A DNA stretch of 64,000 bases from Gemmatimonadales bacterium (GTDB taxonomy: Bacteria; Gemmatimonadota; Gemmatimonadetes; Gemmatimonadales; GWC2-71-9): positions 576,001-640,000 of the forward strand of contig OZ252244.1 of assembly GCA_965249575.1 (NCBI GenBank), in the 5' to 3' direction. How positions within the stretch are numbered: the first letter of the stretch is position 1; the number at the start of each line of letters is the position of its first letter. Under the pieces are notes generated by a model. It had not been told where the DNA came from. It saw only the letters and a program-made list of their open reading frames with translations, and did no database searches. Shown one piece after another: positions 51,676 to 61,515 of the stretch. The position numbers and the translations under genes were made by a program.

Positions 51676-53982
51676 TCACCGTCCATCTCGATCCCGTTCA
51701 CTTCGTAGCTGGCGCACAAAGGCCTCATAGGACGAAACCTCGGGCGCCAACGTCACGAGCCTTTCGGCTTGTTGAAGAGCTGCCTCGAAGTCTCCGCGCT
51801 CCCGGTGAACGCTCGCCAGGCCAAGCAATAACTCCCGATCGAACGGGTGTCGGCGCACGGCCCGATCCAGCACGGCAACGGCTTCGCGCGGGCGGCCGGT
51901 CGAGTGAAGGGCGATCCCATACACATAGGCGAATCGCGCGTGGTCGGGCTCAAGTTCCGTCGCGCGCCGTAGCGCTGTCATGGCCTCATCAGTCCGCTTC
52001 CCACGCACGAGCAGGAGTCCCAGAGCGTGATGCGCGGCTGCATGATCGGGGCTCGCGGCAAGCGCCGCCTCGATAAAGGCTCTGCCCTCGGAGTCGCTGC
52101 CCTGGAGCCGCCTGAGATCTGCGAGGTTCACGTAGGCCGGAACGAATGTGGAATCGCGCTCGATCGCTGATAGGAATGAGGATTCGGCTTCGCCGAAGCG
52201 CCCACCGTAGAGATGGACCAACCCGATGTTGAGGTGGGCTTCCGGCCGATCTCGATTGACGAGCTCGGCCGCGACGTAACTCGCGAGTCCCTGCTCAAGC
52301 GCCGCCCCCTCCTGGGGCGACAGCTGCGACCGAGCCACCGGTGCAAGCACGCGCGCTGCTTCGTTTCGCACGGCGCGGATCGAGTCGGCCAGCAACCCGG
52401 CGACCAGGCGGTGACGGTCGTTCGGGTCCAGCCGCTCCACCGCACCAGCCGCGGCAAGGCGCACCAGGGGATTCGGGTCCCGGCTCGTTTCGGCGACGGT
52501 CCGGCGGTACGCCGCTCCGATATGCTGCCCAAGGAGGCCAATCCCCGTCGCCCGAACGATGCCTGGCTGCGTCGTGTCCGTCGCAAGCGTAATGAGGGGA
52601 CCTTTGGCTTTCGGATCGCCCTTCCTGGCGAGGTGAAAGGTCTCGGCGAAATGCAGTGGGCGGGCCGGCCCGTACCGCCTGGCCACCGCACTGGCGGCCC
52701 AGGCTGCGCCCCGGTCGGCGTGACACGCCGTGCACGGGTTGGGGACGTTGAGGCTCACGCTCAGGTCGGGGCGTGGAATTCGGAAGCTGTGATCCCTCCG
52801 AGCATCCACCCCCATATAGGTGCGTGCCGGCATGTGACACTCCACGCAGCGCGCACCTCGTGAATCCGTCTCGTGGAAATGGTGCCTCCGCGTATCGTAA
52901 ACCAGAGACTCGTGACAGACCCCGCAGAGCGCGTTCGTCGAGTCACGAACCTGCGTGCTGTGCGGATCGTGGCAGTCGCTGCACGTGACTCCCCGGGCGT
53001 ACATGCGGCTCTGAAGGAACGACCCGTAGACGTACACCTCGCCCTGAATCTGCCCGTCGGCGTAATAGAGGTCCTCCTCGAGCAGCGAGGGATGGTAACC
53101 GTTCAAGAAGGGGGCGCCGACGGCTGGCCGATCGACTAGCCTGCGCCGCCTCGAGTGACACGGTGCGCACGAATTCAGCTCCGATTCCGCACCGCGCGGT
53201 CCGGACCGCGTCGCCGTACGCTCCCCTTTCCGAAGCGTCCACCGCGGGCCTCCCGCGTTTCCAGGAGACACTGTCAGCCCCCTCAGTCCATCGGCCTCGG
53301 GCTCTTCCGCTCGGGCCCAGGCCACGTGCCGCGACCCCTGACCATGACACGCCTCGCACGAGACGTCGACGTCGGACCACGCGGTGGAGTAGCGGTCGGC
53401 TTCCCCGTCATAGTTCTTCTCGAGCCCCGTGGAGTGACACTCGGCACAGTTGGCATTCCAGTTCTGGTTGCGCGCCGTCCAGTGGACTGGATGATCGGCG
53501 TTGACGTCCTCGTCGGGATAGAGGTGGAACCAGCGTTGGCCACCCTGGGACTCTAGGCGAGCGTCCCAGGCCACACCGAGCGCCTGAAACCGCCCGCCGG
53601 GCAGCTCAAGGAGGTACTGCTGGAGCGGGCTCGCGCCGAACGTGTACGCGACGCGAAACTCGCCGACGGAGCCGCTGGAACCCGTCGTTCGCACGAAGAA
53701 ATCGCCTCTCTTCTTGTAGAAGGACGTCGACCTGCCGAAATACTCGAACTGGGTCCCCGCGAAGTCGCCCAGCACGGTCTCGTCGGAGGCGACCTGCATG
53801 GCCAGGTCGTGATGGGAGCCCTCCCACCTGTCGCTTTCGGCCGGATGGCATTCCGCGCAGACCACGCCGGTGACGTAGGACGGCGGCTTGCCCGACATGT
53901 CGCAACCAAGCGCCGTGGCAGCGAGCGCGGCGAACAGCGCTGGGCGGTGGGCGGTGGCGGTTGGCACGCCGGATACTAGCAC
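51676..53982 (-). CDS. Multiheme cytochrome c lipoprotein (8 CxxCH) with HEAT and TPR repeats
   Basis: CAECH x2, CEACH, CAPCH, CSDCH, CGVCH, CVECH, CTACH; lipobox ALGC. Confidence 0.9.
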   Translation of the reverse strand: MLVSGVPTATAHRPALFAALAATALGCDMSGKPPSYVTGVVCAECHPAESDRWEGSHHDLAMQVASDETVLGDFAGTQFEYFGRSTSFYKKRGDFFVRTTGSSGSVGEFRVAYTFGASPLQQYLLELPGGRFQALGVAWDARLESQGGQRWFHLYPDEDVNADHPVHWTARNQNWNANCAECHSTGLEKNYDGEADRYSTAWSDVDVSCEACHGQGSRHVAWARAEEPEADGLRGLTVSPGNAGGPRWTLRKGERTATRSGPRGAESELNSCAPCHSRRRRLVDRPAVGAPFLNGYHPSLLEEDLYYADGQIQGEVYVYGSFLQSRMYARGVTCSDCHDPHSTQVRDSTNALCGVCHESLVYDTRRHHFHETDSRGARCVECHMPARTYMGVDARRDHSFRIPRPDLSVSLNVPNPCTACHADRGAAWAASAVARRYGPARPLHFAETFHLARKGDPKAKGPLITLATDTTQPGIVRATGIGLLGQHIGAAYRRTVAETSRDPNPLVRLAAAGAVERLDPNDRHRLVAGLLADSIRAVRNEAARVLAPVARSQLSPQEGAALEQGLASYVAAELVNRDRPEAHLNIGLVHLYGGRFGEAESSFLSAIERDSTFVPAYVNLADLRRLQGSDSEGRAFIEAALAASPDHAAAHHALGLLLVRGKRTDEAMTALRRATELEPDHARFAYVYGIALHSTGRPREAVAVLDRAVRRHPFDRELLLGLASVHRERGDFEAALQQAERLVTLAPEVSSYEAFVRQLRSERDRDGR

Positions 53983-54091
53983 GCGGGAGCAGCGGGCGGC
54001 GGTGGGTTGGCCGTCAGCCTCTCCGCAGTGGCCAATCGTGGGGACGGCAATGGCCGCGAAGATCGACCCAGACGGTGGGATTGGAGTTAGT

Positions 54092-54346
54092 TCACATCCG
54101 TCTTAGAGCCCTGCGATACGCTGATCTCGGGCAGCTCCTGTCATGCCCGATCGCCAGCCTTGCTTTGGCCGTTCGCTCAACGTCACCAACCGTCGCCGTG
54201 ATCAGGAATGTGTACTCGCCAGGTGACGTAACGCGAGCGGTGGCTGGCTCAGCAATTTCATCGGAACAGCCCGCGTAGCTCACGACGAGGGACAACACGG
54301 CCGCGGCCGACAACGTCGAGTCAGCTCGTCTCCTCCGAGCCGGCAC
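54092..54346 (-). CDS. Small lipoprotein-like ORF, possibly a remnant
   Basis: Hydrophobic stretch + YAGC, then a few Ig-like strands (PGEYTFLITAT). Confidence 0.35.
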   Translation of the reverse strand: MPARRRRADSTLSAAAVLSLVVSYAGCSDEIAEPATARVTSPGEYTFLITATVGDVERTAKARLAIGHDRSCPRSAYRRALRRM

Positions 54347-54517
54347 GGCGAGGGTGGCAAGCCCGAGTGCGAGCGCTCCGGAGGCCTGACCCGATGTCTC
54401 CCCACCCCCGTGGCCCCACCACCACCGTAGCCCAGACTGAGCCCGTCGCGGGCTCGAGTCCGACCCAGCTAAGTTGTCCCATCAGGCGATCCGTCCAACC
54501 CAAACACAGGTTCACCG

Positions 54518-55882
54518 ATGAGCCAGACCACGCATCAGGAGCCCTGGGAACGCCTCGAGGCTATCATCCGCGCGCAGCGAACGGAGGAGCTCGGCCCATT
54601 CCTGCATGAGTTGCCTCCAGGCGAGCAGGCCCGTACGCTCTCCCGGCTCACGGACGCCGACAGGGAAGCCCTCCTTCGGCTGATCGGTCCCCATGAATCC
54701 GCCGAGGTGCTCGAGCATCTCTCAGACACGCAGGCCGCCGAGATCATCGAGGAGCTGCCCGCCGACCAGGCAGCCGCGATCGTCGACGAGCTGCCGAGCG
54801 ACGAGCGGGTCGACGTGCTGGGCGAACTCGACACGGCCGATGCCGACGCTATCCTCCGGGAAATGGAGCCGGAAGAGGCCAACGAAACCCGGGAGCTCCT
54901 CCAGTTCGTACCGGACACCGCCGGTGGCCTGATGATCACCGAGTACCTGGCCTACCCTCGGACGTCAACCGTCAGCGGCGTCGTAGAAGACCTGCGTCGG
55001 TTTGGAGAGCGCTACTCGGACTACGATATCCAGTACGCGTACATCACCGACGAGACCAAGACGCTGGTCGGGGTGCTGCGCTTGAGGGACTTGCTGTTGT
55101 CGCCTGGCGACCGGCGGCTCGACGAGATCATGCTTCCCAACCCCTTGCGGCTCCGGACCGACGACTCGTTGGAAAAACTGGAAGTCCTGTTCGACGAGCA
55201 CGCGTTCTTTGGGATGCCGGTCGTCGCGGACGGCGGACAACTGGTCGGCGTGGTGCGCCGGGAAGCCGTGGAGGAGGCGCTGGGCGAGCAGGCGACGGAG
55301 ACCTATCTCAAGATGAGCGGCCTCTTCGGCGAGGAAGAGCTCCGCACCATGCCGATCTTCCGCCGCTCGTCACGACGACTTGCGTGGCTGTCCATCAACA
55401 TCGTGCTGAATGTGTTCGCCGCCAGCGTAATCGCTCTTTATCAGGATACCCTCACGGCGGTCATTGCCCTGGCCGTGTTTCTGCCCATCATCTCGGACAT
55501 GAGCGGATGCTCAGGCAATCAAGCGGTTGCGGTGAGCATTCGTGAGCTGACCCTGGGACTCGTCAAGCCGTATGAGTTCTTGCGGGTGGTAGTCAAAGAG
55601 GGCGCCGTTGGGATCATCAACGGCCTGGCGCTTGGCATCCTCCTCGGGCTCGTCGCGGTAGCCTGGAAAGGCAACTGGTTTCTCGGCCTCGTGGTCGGAG
55701 GCGCGCTCACGCTCAACACCGTGGTGTCGGTGTTCCTCGGCGGAGTCGTGCCGCTCGCACTCAAGCGACTCAACATGGATCCCGCCGTCGCCTCGGGACC
55801 AATCCTCACCACTGTGACCGACATGTGTGGGTTTTTCCTCGTGTTGAGCCTGGCGTCTGCGATGCTGCCGTTGATCGTGTGA
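54518..55882 (+). CDS. mgtE: Magnesium transporter
   Basis: N-domain, TAGGLM, CBS pair, FLPIISDMSGCSGNQ, DPAVASGPILTTVTD. Confidence 0.96.
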   Translation: MSQTTHQEPWERLEAIIRAQRTEELGPFLHELPPGEQARTLSRLTDADREALLRLIGPHESAEVLEHLSDTQAAEIIEELPADQAAAIVDELPSDERVDVLGELDTADADAILREMEPEEANETRELLQFVPDTAGGLMITEYLAYPRTSTVSGVVEDLRRFGERYSDYDIQYAYITDETKTLVGVLRLRDLLLSPGDRRLDEIMLPNPLRLRTDDSLEKLEVLFDEHAFFGMPVVADGGQLVGVVRREAVEEALGEQATETYLKMSGLFGEEELRTMPIFRRSSRRLAWLSINIVLNVFAASVIALYQDTLTAVIALAVFLPIISDMSGCSGNQAVAVSIRELTLGLVKPYEFLRVVVKEGAVGIINGLALGILLGLVAVAWKGNWFLGLVVGGALTLNTVVSVFLGGVVPLALKRLNMDPAVASGPILTTVTDMCGFFLVLSLASAMLPLIV

Positions 55883-55931
55883 TTGGTGAGTGGCGTTTCG
55901 AGGAGTGGCAAGCGGCGAATGACAGCCGAGG

Positions 55932-56147
55932 TCACTGCGCGGTGTTTGCGTCCTGGCGGGCGACGGCCTCCGCCCACGTTGGCGGTAGGTCTCTTCCATA
56001 CACCTGCCAGCGGGTGGACCTCGTCTCGCCAATGTCGGCGCGGATCGTAAGCATAGTTTCTTTGTGAACGCCTCCGAATGCGAACTCGCGGAGCGTGCCT
56101 TCGTCTTCCCATACCGACAGAGTCCAGAACCGTCGCTCTATAGGCAT
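55932..56147 (-). pseudogene. C-terminal fragment of a DUF3291-like protein
   Basis: FWTLSVWEDEGTLREFA...H..TM...PTWAEA; N-terminal half not visible. Confidence 0.55.
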
Positions 56148-56172
56148 GGGCGAGGAGCAGTGCGAGCGCCCT

Positions 56173-56433
56173 TCAGTCAGTGCGAGCTTTCGACAGCACC
56201 AGCACGGCTGCCTCTTTCGGCCAGTCGCCTTCGCTCGTTACGCTCTCCAACCACTGCGTTAACAACGACGGCGTCGCGAAGTGACCGAGCCGACCCAGGA
56301 CGTAGGCAGCATACCAACCCGCCCACTGATCGTCCCGTGCGCCGCGCAGCACGCTGGATTCGTATTCGTGATGAGCGTTCCCAGCATCGGCCAACGCAGC
56401 CCGCAACTGCTCTTGGGTGGGTACCGTAGCCAT
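56173..56433 (-). CDS. Small hypothetical protein with AHHEYE...W..WYA motif
   Basis: AAGGAG RBS; 86 aa, helical. Confidence 0.7.
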   Translation of the reverse strand: MATVPTQEQLRAALADAGNAHHEYESSVLRGARDDQWAGWYAAYVLGRLGHFATPSLLTQWLESVTSEGDWPKEAAVLVLSKARTD

Positions 56434-56480
56434 ACTCAGAACTCCTTCCGCGATTATCCCGACAGGTCGCGCCCGGATCG

Positions 56481-56885
56481 TTAGCTCCGAGCGGGCTGTG
56501 ATTGGTCGGCCACGATCGACTCACCGAATCCCACCATGTTCCCGCTGCGATCCACTATCCGAAAGTCACGGACGCCAAACGGGCGATCGGCCAATGGCAA
56601 GATGATCTCGGCGCCGCGTTCGACGCAGGCCGCGTAGTACGAGTCAACGCCCTGCAGTTGAAAGTAGACGTACGACGGGTGGGAGGGCGCGAACCGCCCA
56701 TCCGAGACGAGCTGGAGTTCCAGACCGTCGCGGTGCACTCCGACCCGGGCCGGAGGATCTCCCCACTGCCACGAGACCGCAAAACCGAGTTGCTGGATAT
56801 AGTACGCCACATCCCGGCCGAGATCACGAACCGCGAGTACGGGATGAACACTGCTGAACGTGACCGCTTCGTCGACAAGGGCCAT
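56481..56885 (-). CDS. VOC/glyoxalase family protein
   Basis: PVLAVRDL, YYIQQLGF, VDSYY, DRPFGVRDF..D.SGN. Confidence 0.88.
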   Translation of the reverse strand: MALVDEAVTFSSVHPVLAVRDLGRDVAYYIQQLGFAVSWQWGDPPARVGVHRDGLELQLVSDGRFAPSHPSYVYFQLQGVDSYYAACVERGAEIILPLADRPFGVRDFRIVDRSGNMVGFGESIVADQSQPARS

Positions 56886-57017
56886 AGACGTTCTGGGTCT
56901 TTTTCCGTGTAGTCGGTGCAACGACTTGGGCTCCGCAACCTGACACTACGATCACCAACCAGAACCTACAACGCCGCCTATGGCGCGGCGACCGACCACA
57001 CTCGACCCCTCAGCTCG

Positions 57018-58040
57018 ATGGAAACGAGTGCCGCGACACGGAAACCCCGCACCCCGAACCTAAATGTTTTCGACCGGGACGACCTGACCAAGGTGCGCCT
57101 CGCGGATGATCGGGTGCTGGATATCGGCAAAGAGCTGGCGCCGTGGGACGCGGGAGACACTGGGCTCTTCTATTGCACCCGCGCGCTCTTCGAAGGACTC
57201 GATTGCGCACGGCGTTTGGGGGATGGGTCGCTCGCGGGCGCCATCCGGGCGTGCGCACAGGCCGGTGCCGTGCGCGCGGTGGACGTGACTGGCCTGGACT
57301 GGCTGGATGTCGATACGCCCGCCGCACACCAGGAAGCCACCCGGCGCCTCGAGCGCAGCCTGACGAAGGGCCGCGAGGACGGCTTCGTCTCGCAGTACGG
57401 CAATCGCCGCGTTTCCCTCCGCCTGTCCGCGCTGCTGGCCCGCACGGCGCTCACGCCCAACCAGCTCACCGGCGCGAGCTTCGCCCTCGCATTGCTCGGG
57501 GCGATCGCGCTGGCGGTGCCCAGTCACGGGTGGTGGCTCGTCGGAGGGATCGCCATCCAGTTCGCCTCGATCCTCGACGGCTGTGACGGCGAGATCGCGC
57601 GCCTCAAGTTGATCCACTCCCCGCGGGGCGGGTGGCTCGACACCATGCTGGACCGATATGCCGACGTCGCGCTTGGCGTCGCAGTGACGGTGTCCGCCGC
57701 ACGCACCAACCCGTCGGCGGTCCTCTGGCTTGGCGGCTTCCTCGCCGTCACGGGGTTCCTGCTAGCGAGCTACGTGACGAAGGAGTTCGAGCTGCGGTTT
57801 GGATATGCCTATCCCACCACCATGGTCAACCGCCTCAAACGCCGGGACCTCCGGATACTGACCGTGGCGGTGGGGGCGATCGTCGGGTTCCCTTACGTGG
57901 CGCTGATGGCGGTGGGCGCCCTGGCACACGGGGCGGTGCTGCACATTCTCGTGTCCGGGATACCAACCCGTGTCCCGCCGCAGGAGCTGACGGGCAGGGA
58001 CCGGCACGCGCAGGGTTCGGGCGCACGCGTCACGCGCTAG
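57018..58040 (+). pseudogene. 5'-truncated bifunctional nucleotidyltransferase / CDP-alcohol phosphotransferase (IPCT/DIPPS-like)
   Basis: TKV..IGKEL..DTGLF, WLDVDTP, DGFVS...NR, TPNQLT, DGCDGEIAR..GGWLDTMLD; N-terminal GxGxR region absent. Confidence 0.75.
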
Positions 58041-58154
58041 ACCGGAGGGCGATCACCCGCCTGCGATCGTCTGACGCGCCGCGCGGGAGCGACTGCCACT
58101 GGACGTGCTCAGCCCGGCGCCCACGCGAGCACGCGGCGCCTCGCGGCTGGTGGA

Positions 58155-58200
58155 ATTGAAGCAGACGGGGCCCGCCGGCCTGCACCGGACGAGGCCCCGC
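58155..58200 (-). terminator. Putative terminator hairpin after the csp gene
   Basis: cggggcc/ggccccg stem with inner ccgg pairing; weak U tract. Confidence 0.5.
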
Positions 58201-58227
58201 CGCATGTCGCCTCCCGCGAAGCGAGTT

Positions 58228-58440
58228 CTAGGCGTCGAGTTTGGTGACGTTCTCGGCAGCCGGGCCCTTCTGGCCCTGAACGACGTCGAACTCCACTTGC
58301 TGGCCCTCGCGCAAGCTCTTGAAGCCTTCGCCCTGGATCGCGGAATGATGCACGAAGCAGTCTTTCTCGCCGTCCTCACGGGTGATGAAGCCGAAGCCCT
58401 TGCTGTCATTGAACCACTTCACGGTGCCCTTGGTACTCAT
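58228..58440 (-). CDS. cspA: Cold-shock protein
   Basis: [38 protein letters not shown]. Confidence 0.97.
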   Translation of the reverse strand: MSTKGTVKWFNDSKGFGFITREDGEKDCFVHHSAIQGEGFKSLREGQQVEFDVVQGQKGPAAENVTKLDA

Positions 58441-58675
58441 TTCCGTACTCCTTGGTGTCTGTGATGTTCGTCGGAGTCCGGACGTGCCGTACGTACCGAT
58501 CGCTCATCAGCTGTTCGCGGTGTTCGCCCCCGCGTGGGCTGCCGTCGAACGGTCCTGAGACCGTTGCGAGCGGCGCGAATCTGTAACGAAAACGAAAAAG
58601 GGGATCTGCAGCGTTGCCAGATTCCCTTTTCAGTGTTCTCCGGTATTCACAGCGCGCTACGTTGCGCGCATTATA
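58441..58675 (-). promoter_or_regulatory. csp promoter -10 and long structured 5' leader
   Basis: TATAAT at 58675-58670; GCGCGC/GCGCGC 5' hairpin; 13-bp stem at 58596-58630. Confidence 0.6.
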
Positions 58676-58733
58676 CCCCGCCCCAACGTAACAATCGGCT
58701 GGTCATTGCGAAAGAGGCAGGTACCTGACGACC

Positions 58734-59045
58734 ATGACCTATTGGGTCGTCATGGCCACGCCAGTCGAAGATCGGTTAGCGGACTTGGAGCACCGGCTCA
58801 AAGGGGACGATTTCTCCGATCTTCGGCCCTTTGGGAAGGCACTCACGCTCGGCCTCAAGGGCGCTCGCAGCCGGCCCGATGGGAAGGCCGTCTGGGAGGA
58901 GGAGGACGACTGCGCTCCCCCTTGGGCTCAGGAGCGCGAGGCCGTGCTGGACGAGCACTTCACCGATATCCAAGTGGACGCCGTCGGACCGGGCTATGGT
59001 TGGCGCGCCATATCCCACCTCCCGATGCTCTTTCCGGCGCTTTAA
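58734..59045 (+). CDS. Hypothetical protein with WEEEDxCxPP motif
   Basis: RPFG.AL, VWEEEDDCAPPWAQER..VLD..F; natural-looking composition. Confidence 0.72.
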   Translation: MTYWVVMATPVEDRLADLEHRLKGDDFSDLRPFGKALTLGLKGARSRPDGKAVWEEEDDCAPPWAQEREAVLDEHFTDIQVDAVGPGYGWRAISHLPMLFPAL

Positions 59046-59577
59046 CCGACGGGAGGCTCACCCGACAGACCCCCTTCAGCCACCTCCCTGCCCGCACAAT
59101 GGCGGGCTTCGATATTCATTCACCGATTACTCTCCGCCGAGCTGCGCGCCGGCGACAGGCAGGTCGGCTATTCCGAATCGGGGGGGGTCGCCACCAACCC
59201 TCGCACCTCCACTTCCTGCCGGTCAGATATGCGGTCACGCCCGCGATCTAGACGTCACCGAGTACAACCGGTTGGACGCAGCCTCCTCCGCGGTGGGTCG
59301 TCACATCGAGCGTCGCGCTGTGCCCTGGCTGCCGTTCACGTTCTTCGGTACGCTTCCGTACGCTATCTCGTGGCGTGAAAGCGACGTTCTTCAGTGACTC
59401 CGCCTTCACATTTAGCCACTGAGCCCAGGCAGCCGACACCACGGTCCGGGTATGGAAAGCTGCCGGTTCTGCGTTCTCCTGTCCCTCCTGCCCGCGTTGC
59501 CCCTGGGGAAAGAGCCGGAGAGGGGCTCGCCACCGAACGCAGGGCTCAGTGCCTAGTGGTGGCCGCGAGTCGGGGGC

Positions 59578-59814
59578 CTAAAATCTTTCATACCACCCCA
59601 TAGGGCTAAACTTTGCCGTATCCGATGCGGCGGAGTAATGGCATGACGTACAGTCGACGCACTCCTGCCGCTGATCAGCGTTCGCCCCGATGAAATCCCT
59701 ATTCTGACAGATTTCGCATAGCCCATATGAAACGGGACCGAAGGTGCACTTCATCTCGCACCACTCAGCGTTGGTGCAGCCACTTTTGCTGTGACACTTT
59801 CGGCAGAGCCACAT
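59578..59814 (-). CDS. 78-aa cysteine-rich protein
   Basis: AAGGA RBS; 10 Cys including CRKCH, CEIC, CVDCTSCH. Confidence 0.6.
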   Translation of the reverse strand: MWLCRKCHSKSGCTNAEWCEMKCTFGPVSYGLCEICQNRDFIGANADQRQECVDCTSCHYSAASDTAKFSPMGWYERF

Positions 59815-59839
59815 CGTGTCCTTCGTCCCTCCGGTCAGG

Positions 59840-60877
59840 CTAGGGTAACAAGACCACCCTCCCCACTGGCTCGCTCCGTGTGAGCGCATCGATTCCCTTC
59901 TGGAACTCATCAAGCGGTAGGGTACGATCAACCACTGTCGTGACGGCTCCGCGGGAGACGAGCTCGACAGCCTGTTTGAGCTCCGCGAGTGTGTTCCCCA
60001 CGGCTCCCATGACACTTGCCTCAGTGATGACGAGCTGAATGGGATGGACGGTGTAACTGTCTTCCGAGTAGCCGATGAAGACCAGCCGGCCCCGCTTAGC
60101 GATCACCTTCGTACTCTCCTCCATCGTGGCCTTGGTAGCGACCAGCTCCATGACAACGTCCGCGCCGTGCCCCGCCGTGATATCGCGCACCCGCTCGGCA
60201 ACCGAATCGGCCGTTGCCTCGATCGCGTGAGCGGCTCCAAGAGACATCGCCTTCTCGAGTTTGGCCGGTGTCCGGCTCACGGCGATCACCTCAGCGCCGG
60301 GCGTGGCAGGCAAGTTGGACGATCCCAAGCCCCACCGCACCGATCCCGTATCCAGCACAACGTTCCCGGCTGAGACGCGGGCCAGGTTCATTGCGTGGAT
60401 CCCCGTCGTGACGCTACACCCTATCGGGGCCGCCGCCTCATCACTCAGGTGGTCTGGGAGCGGGATGCAGTTTCGGGCCGGGACCTCGAGCGCGCTGGCA
60501 AACCCGCCGTCCGAGATGAAGCCGTACTCTGCCACGAGCGCCCCACACAGGTTCTCATCACCCACGAGACAGTGCCGACACCGTCCGCAGCCAACGTAGT
60601 AATAGACGATCACCCGCTGCCCTTCCTCGAGCTCGGTCACACCGGCGCCTACCTGCGCCACGCGGCCGACCACTTCGTGCCCGAGCGTAACGGGCTGTCC
60701 ACCCAGGTCGAGGAGGCCGGACAAGAAATGCAGCTCCGTATGGCAGAGACCGGCTGCCTTGACCTGTACAACCACCTGGCCCGGTTCAGCAGTCGGAGGG
60801 GGAACTTCCTCTAACTGCAACGGCTGCTTCGGCCCATGGTAACGAACGGCGTGCATACCTGCAGGCGGCCCGGTCAC
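59840..60877 (-). CDS. Zinc-dependent alcohol dehydrogenase (MDR) with a locally frameshifted NAD-binding loop
   Basis: GLCHTE, GHE, CGRCRHC...C; YGIGAVG is present only in another frame at 60302-60350. Confidence 0.88.
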   Translation of the reverse strand: MTGPPAGMHAVRYHGPKQPLQLEEVPPPTAEPGQVVVQVKAAGLCHTELHFLSGLLDLGGQPVTLGHEVVGRVAQVGAGVTELEEGQRVIVYYYVGCGRCRHCLVGDENLCGALVAEYGFISDGGFASALEVPARNCIPLPDHLSDEAAAPIGCSVTTGIHAMNLARVSAGNVVLDTGSVRWGLGSSNLPATPGAEVIAVSRTPAKLEKAMSLGAAHAIEATADSVAERVRDITAGHGADVVMELVATKATMEESTKVIAKRGRLVFIGYSEDSYTVHPIQLVITEASVMGAVGNTLAELKQAVELVSRGAVTTVVDRTLPLDEFQKGIDALTRSEPVGRVVLLP

Positions 60878-60996
60878 GGCCGAACTGTAAAGTCGACGGT
60901 GTCGGCGGGCTCCACGATCCCGACGGTGACGCTCGGCGCCGCTTCACCACCACACGCGCAAACGGCGAGGACGACGCTCGAGATGCAACCTTTCAC
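60874..60996 (-). pseudogene. 40-codon collapsed lipoprotein remnant (DUF4399-like ends)
   Basis: Manual translation MKGCISSVVLAVCACGGEAAPSVTVGIVEPADTVDFTVRP*; stop overlaps the adh GTG. Confidence 0.45.
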
Positions 60997-61120
60997 CGGA
61001 GCTCTCGCCTGCGCCAACCGATGGCTGCCTTCATCACGCGCGACGGCGAGGGCCGCATTGAGAAAGGCGGCTGATCATGCCGCCCCTTACCGCCCACTGG
61101 TTCGTCGTGACGAGGCAGGA

Positions 61121-61501
61121 TCACACGGAGAAGCTTATCCCACACCCGCAGTTCCCCGTCTCGTTAGGGTTCTGAAAGACGAATCGCGATTCCTGCATTG
61201 ACGAGATCCAATCGACGATCATCCCATTGATGTACTGTGCGCAGAACTCGTTGACGAACACACGGGTATTGTTGAGTTCGATGGTCGTGTCGCCGGAATC
61301 AGGACCTTCTGCGATCCCCACGTCGTACGTGAGACCGGAGCATCCCCCTACCACGACCCCCACCCTCAGGCCGGCGGTTTCGGGCAACCCACCGTTGATA
61401 ACATCGCGCACCCGCTTCGCCGCCTCGTCGGTGATGGTGAGGGTGAAATCGTTGTTCAGGACGTTGAGTTGAGACGAGTTACGCATCGTTGTATTCGTCA
61501 A
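61121..61501 (-). CDS. A-type Fe-S carrier (IscA/SufA/HesB)
   Basis: ITDEAA, GGCSGLTY, FQNPN..GNCGCGISF. Confidence 0.93.
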   Translation of the reverse strand: MTNTTMRNSSQLNVLNNDFTLTITDEAAKRVRDVINGGLPETAGLRVGVVVGGCSGLTYDVGIAEGPDSGDTTIELNNTRVFVNEFCAQYINGMIVDWISSMQESRFVFQNPNETGNCGCGISFSV

Positions 61502-61515
61502 CGCTGACGCCGCCG

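Noticed and set aside
54380..54609. M-box riboswitch or Pro-rich leader peptide for mgtE
   Set aside because: No recognisable M-box core; the ORF lacks an RBS and Pro codons are expected in C-rich DNA.
56436..56486. attC-like site (AGCTAAC...GTTCTGA) between the VOC gene and the next gene
   Set aside because: Only 51 nt, weak pairing, the right arm is explained by the RBS, and there is no integrase or second copy.
59045..59577. Short ORFs between the hypothetical gene and the Cys-rich gene
   Set aside because: No clear start, RBS or motif; possibly remnants but unsupported.
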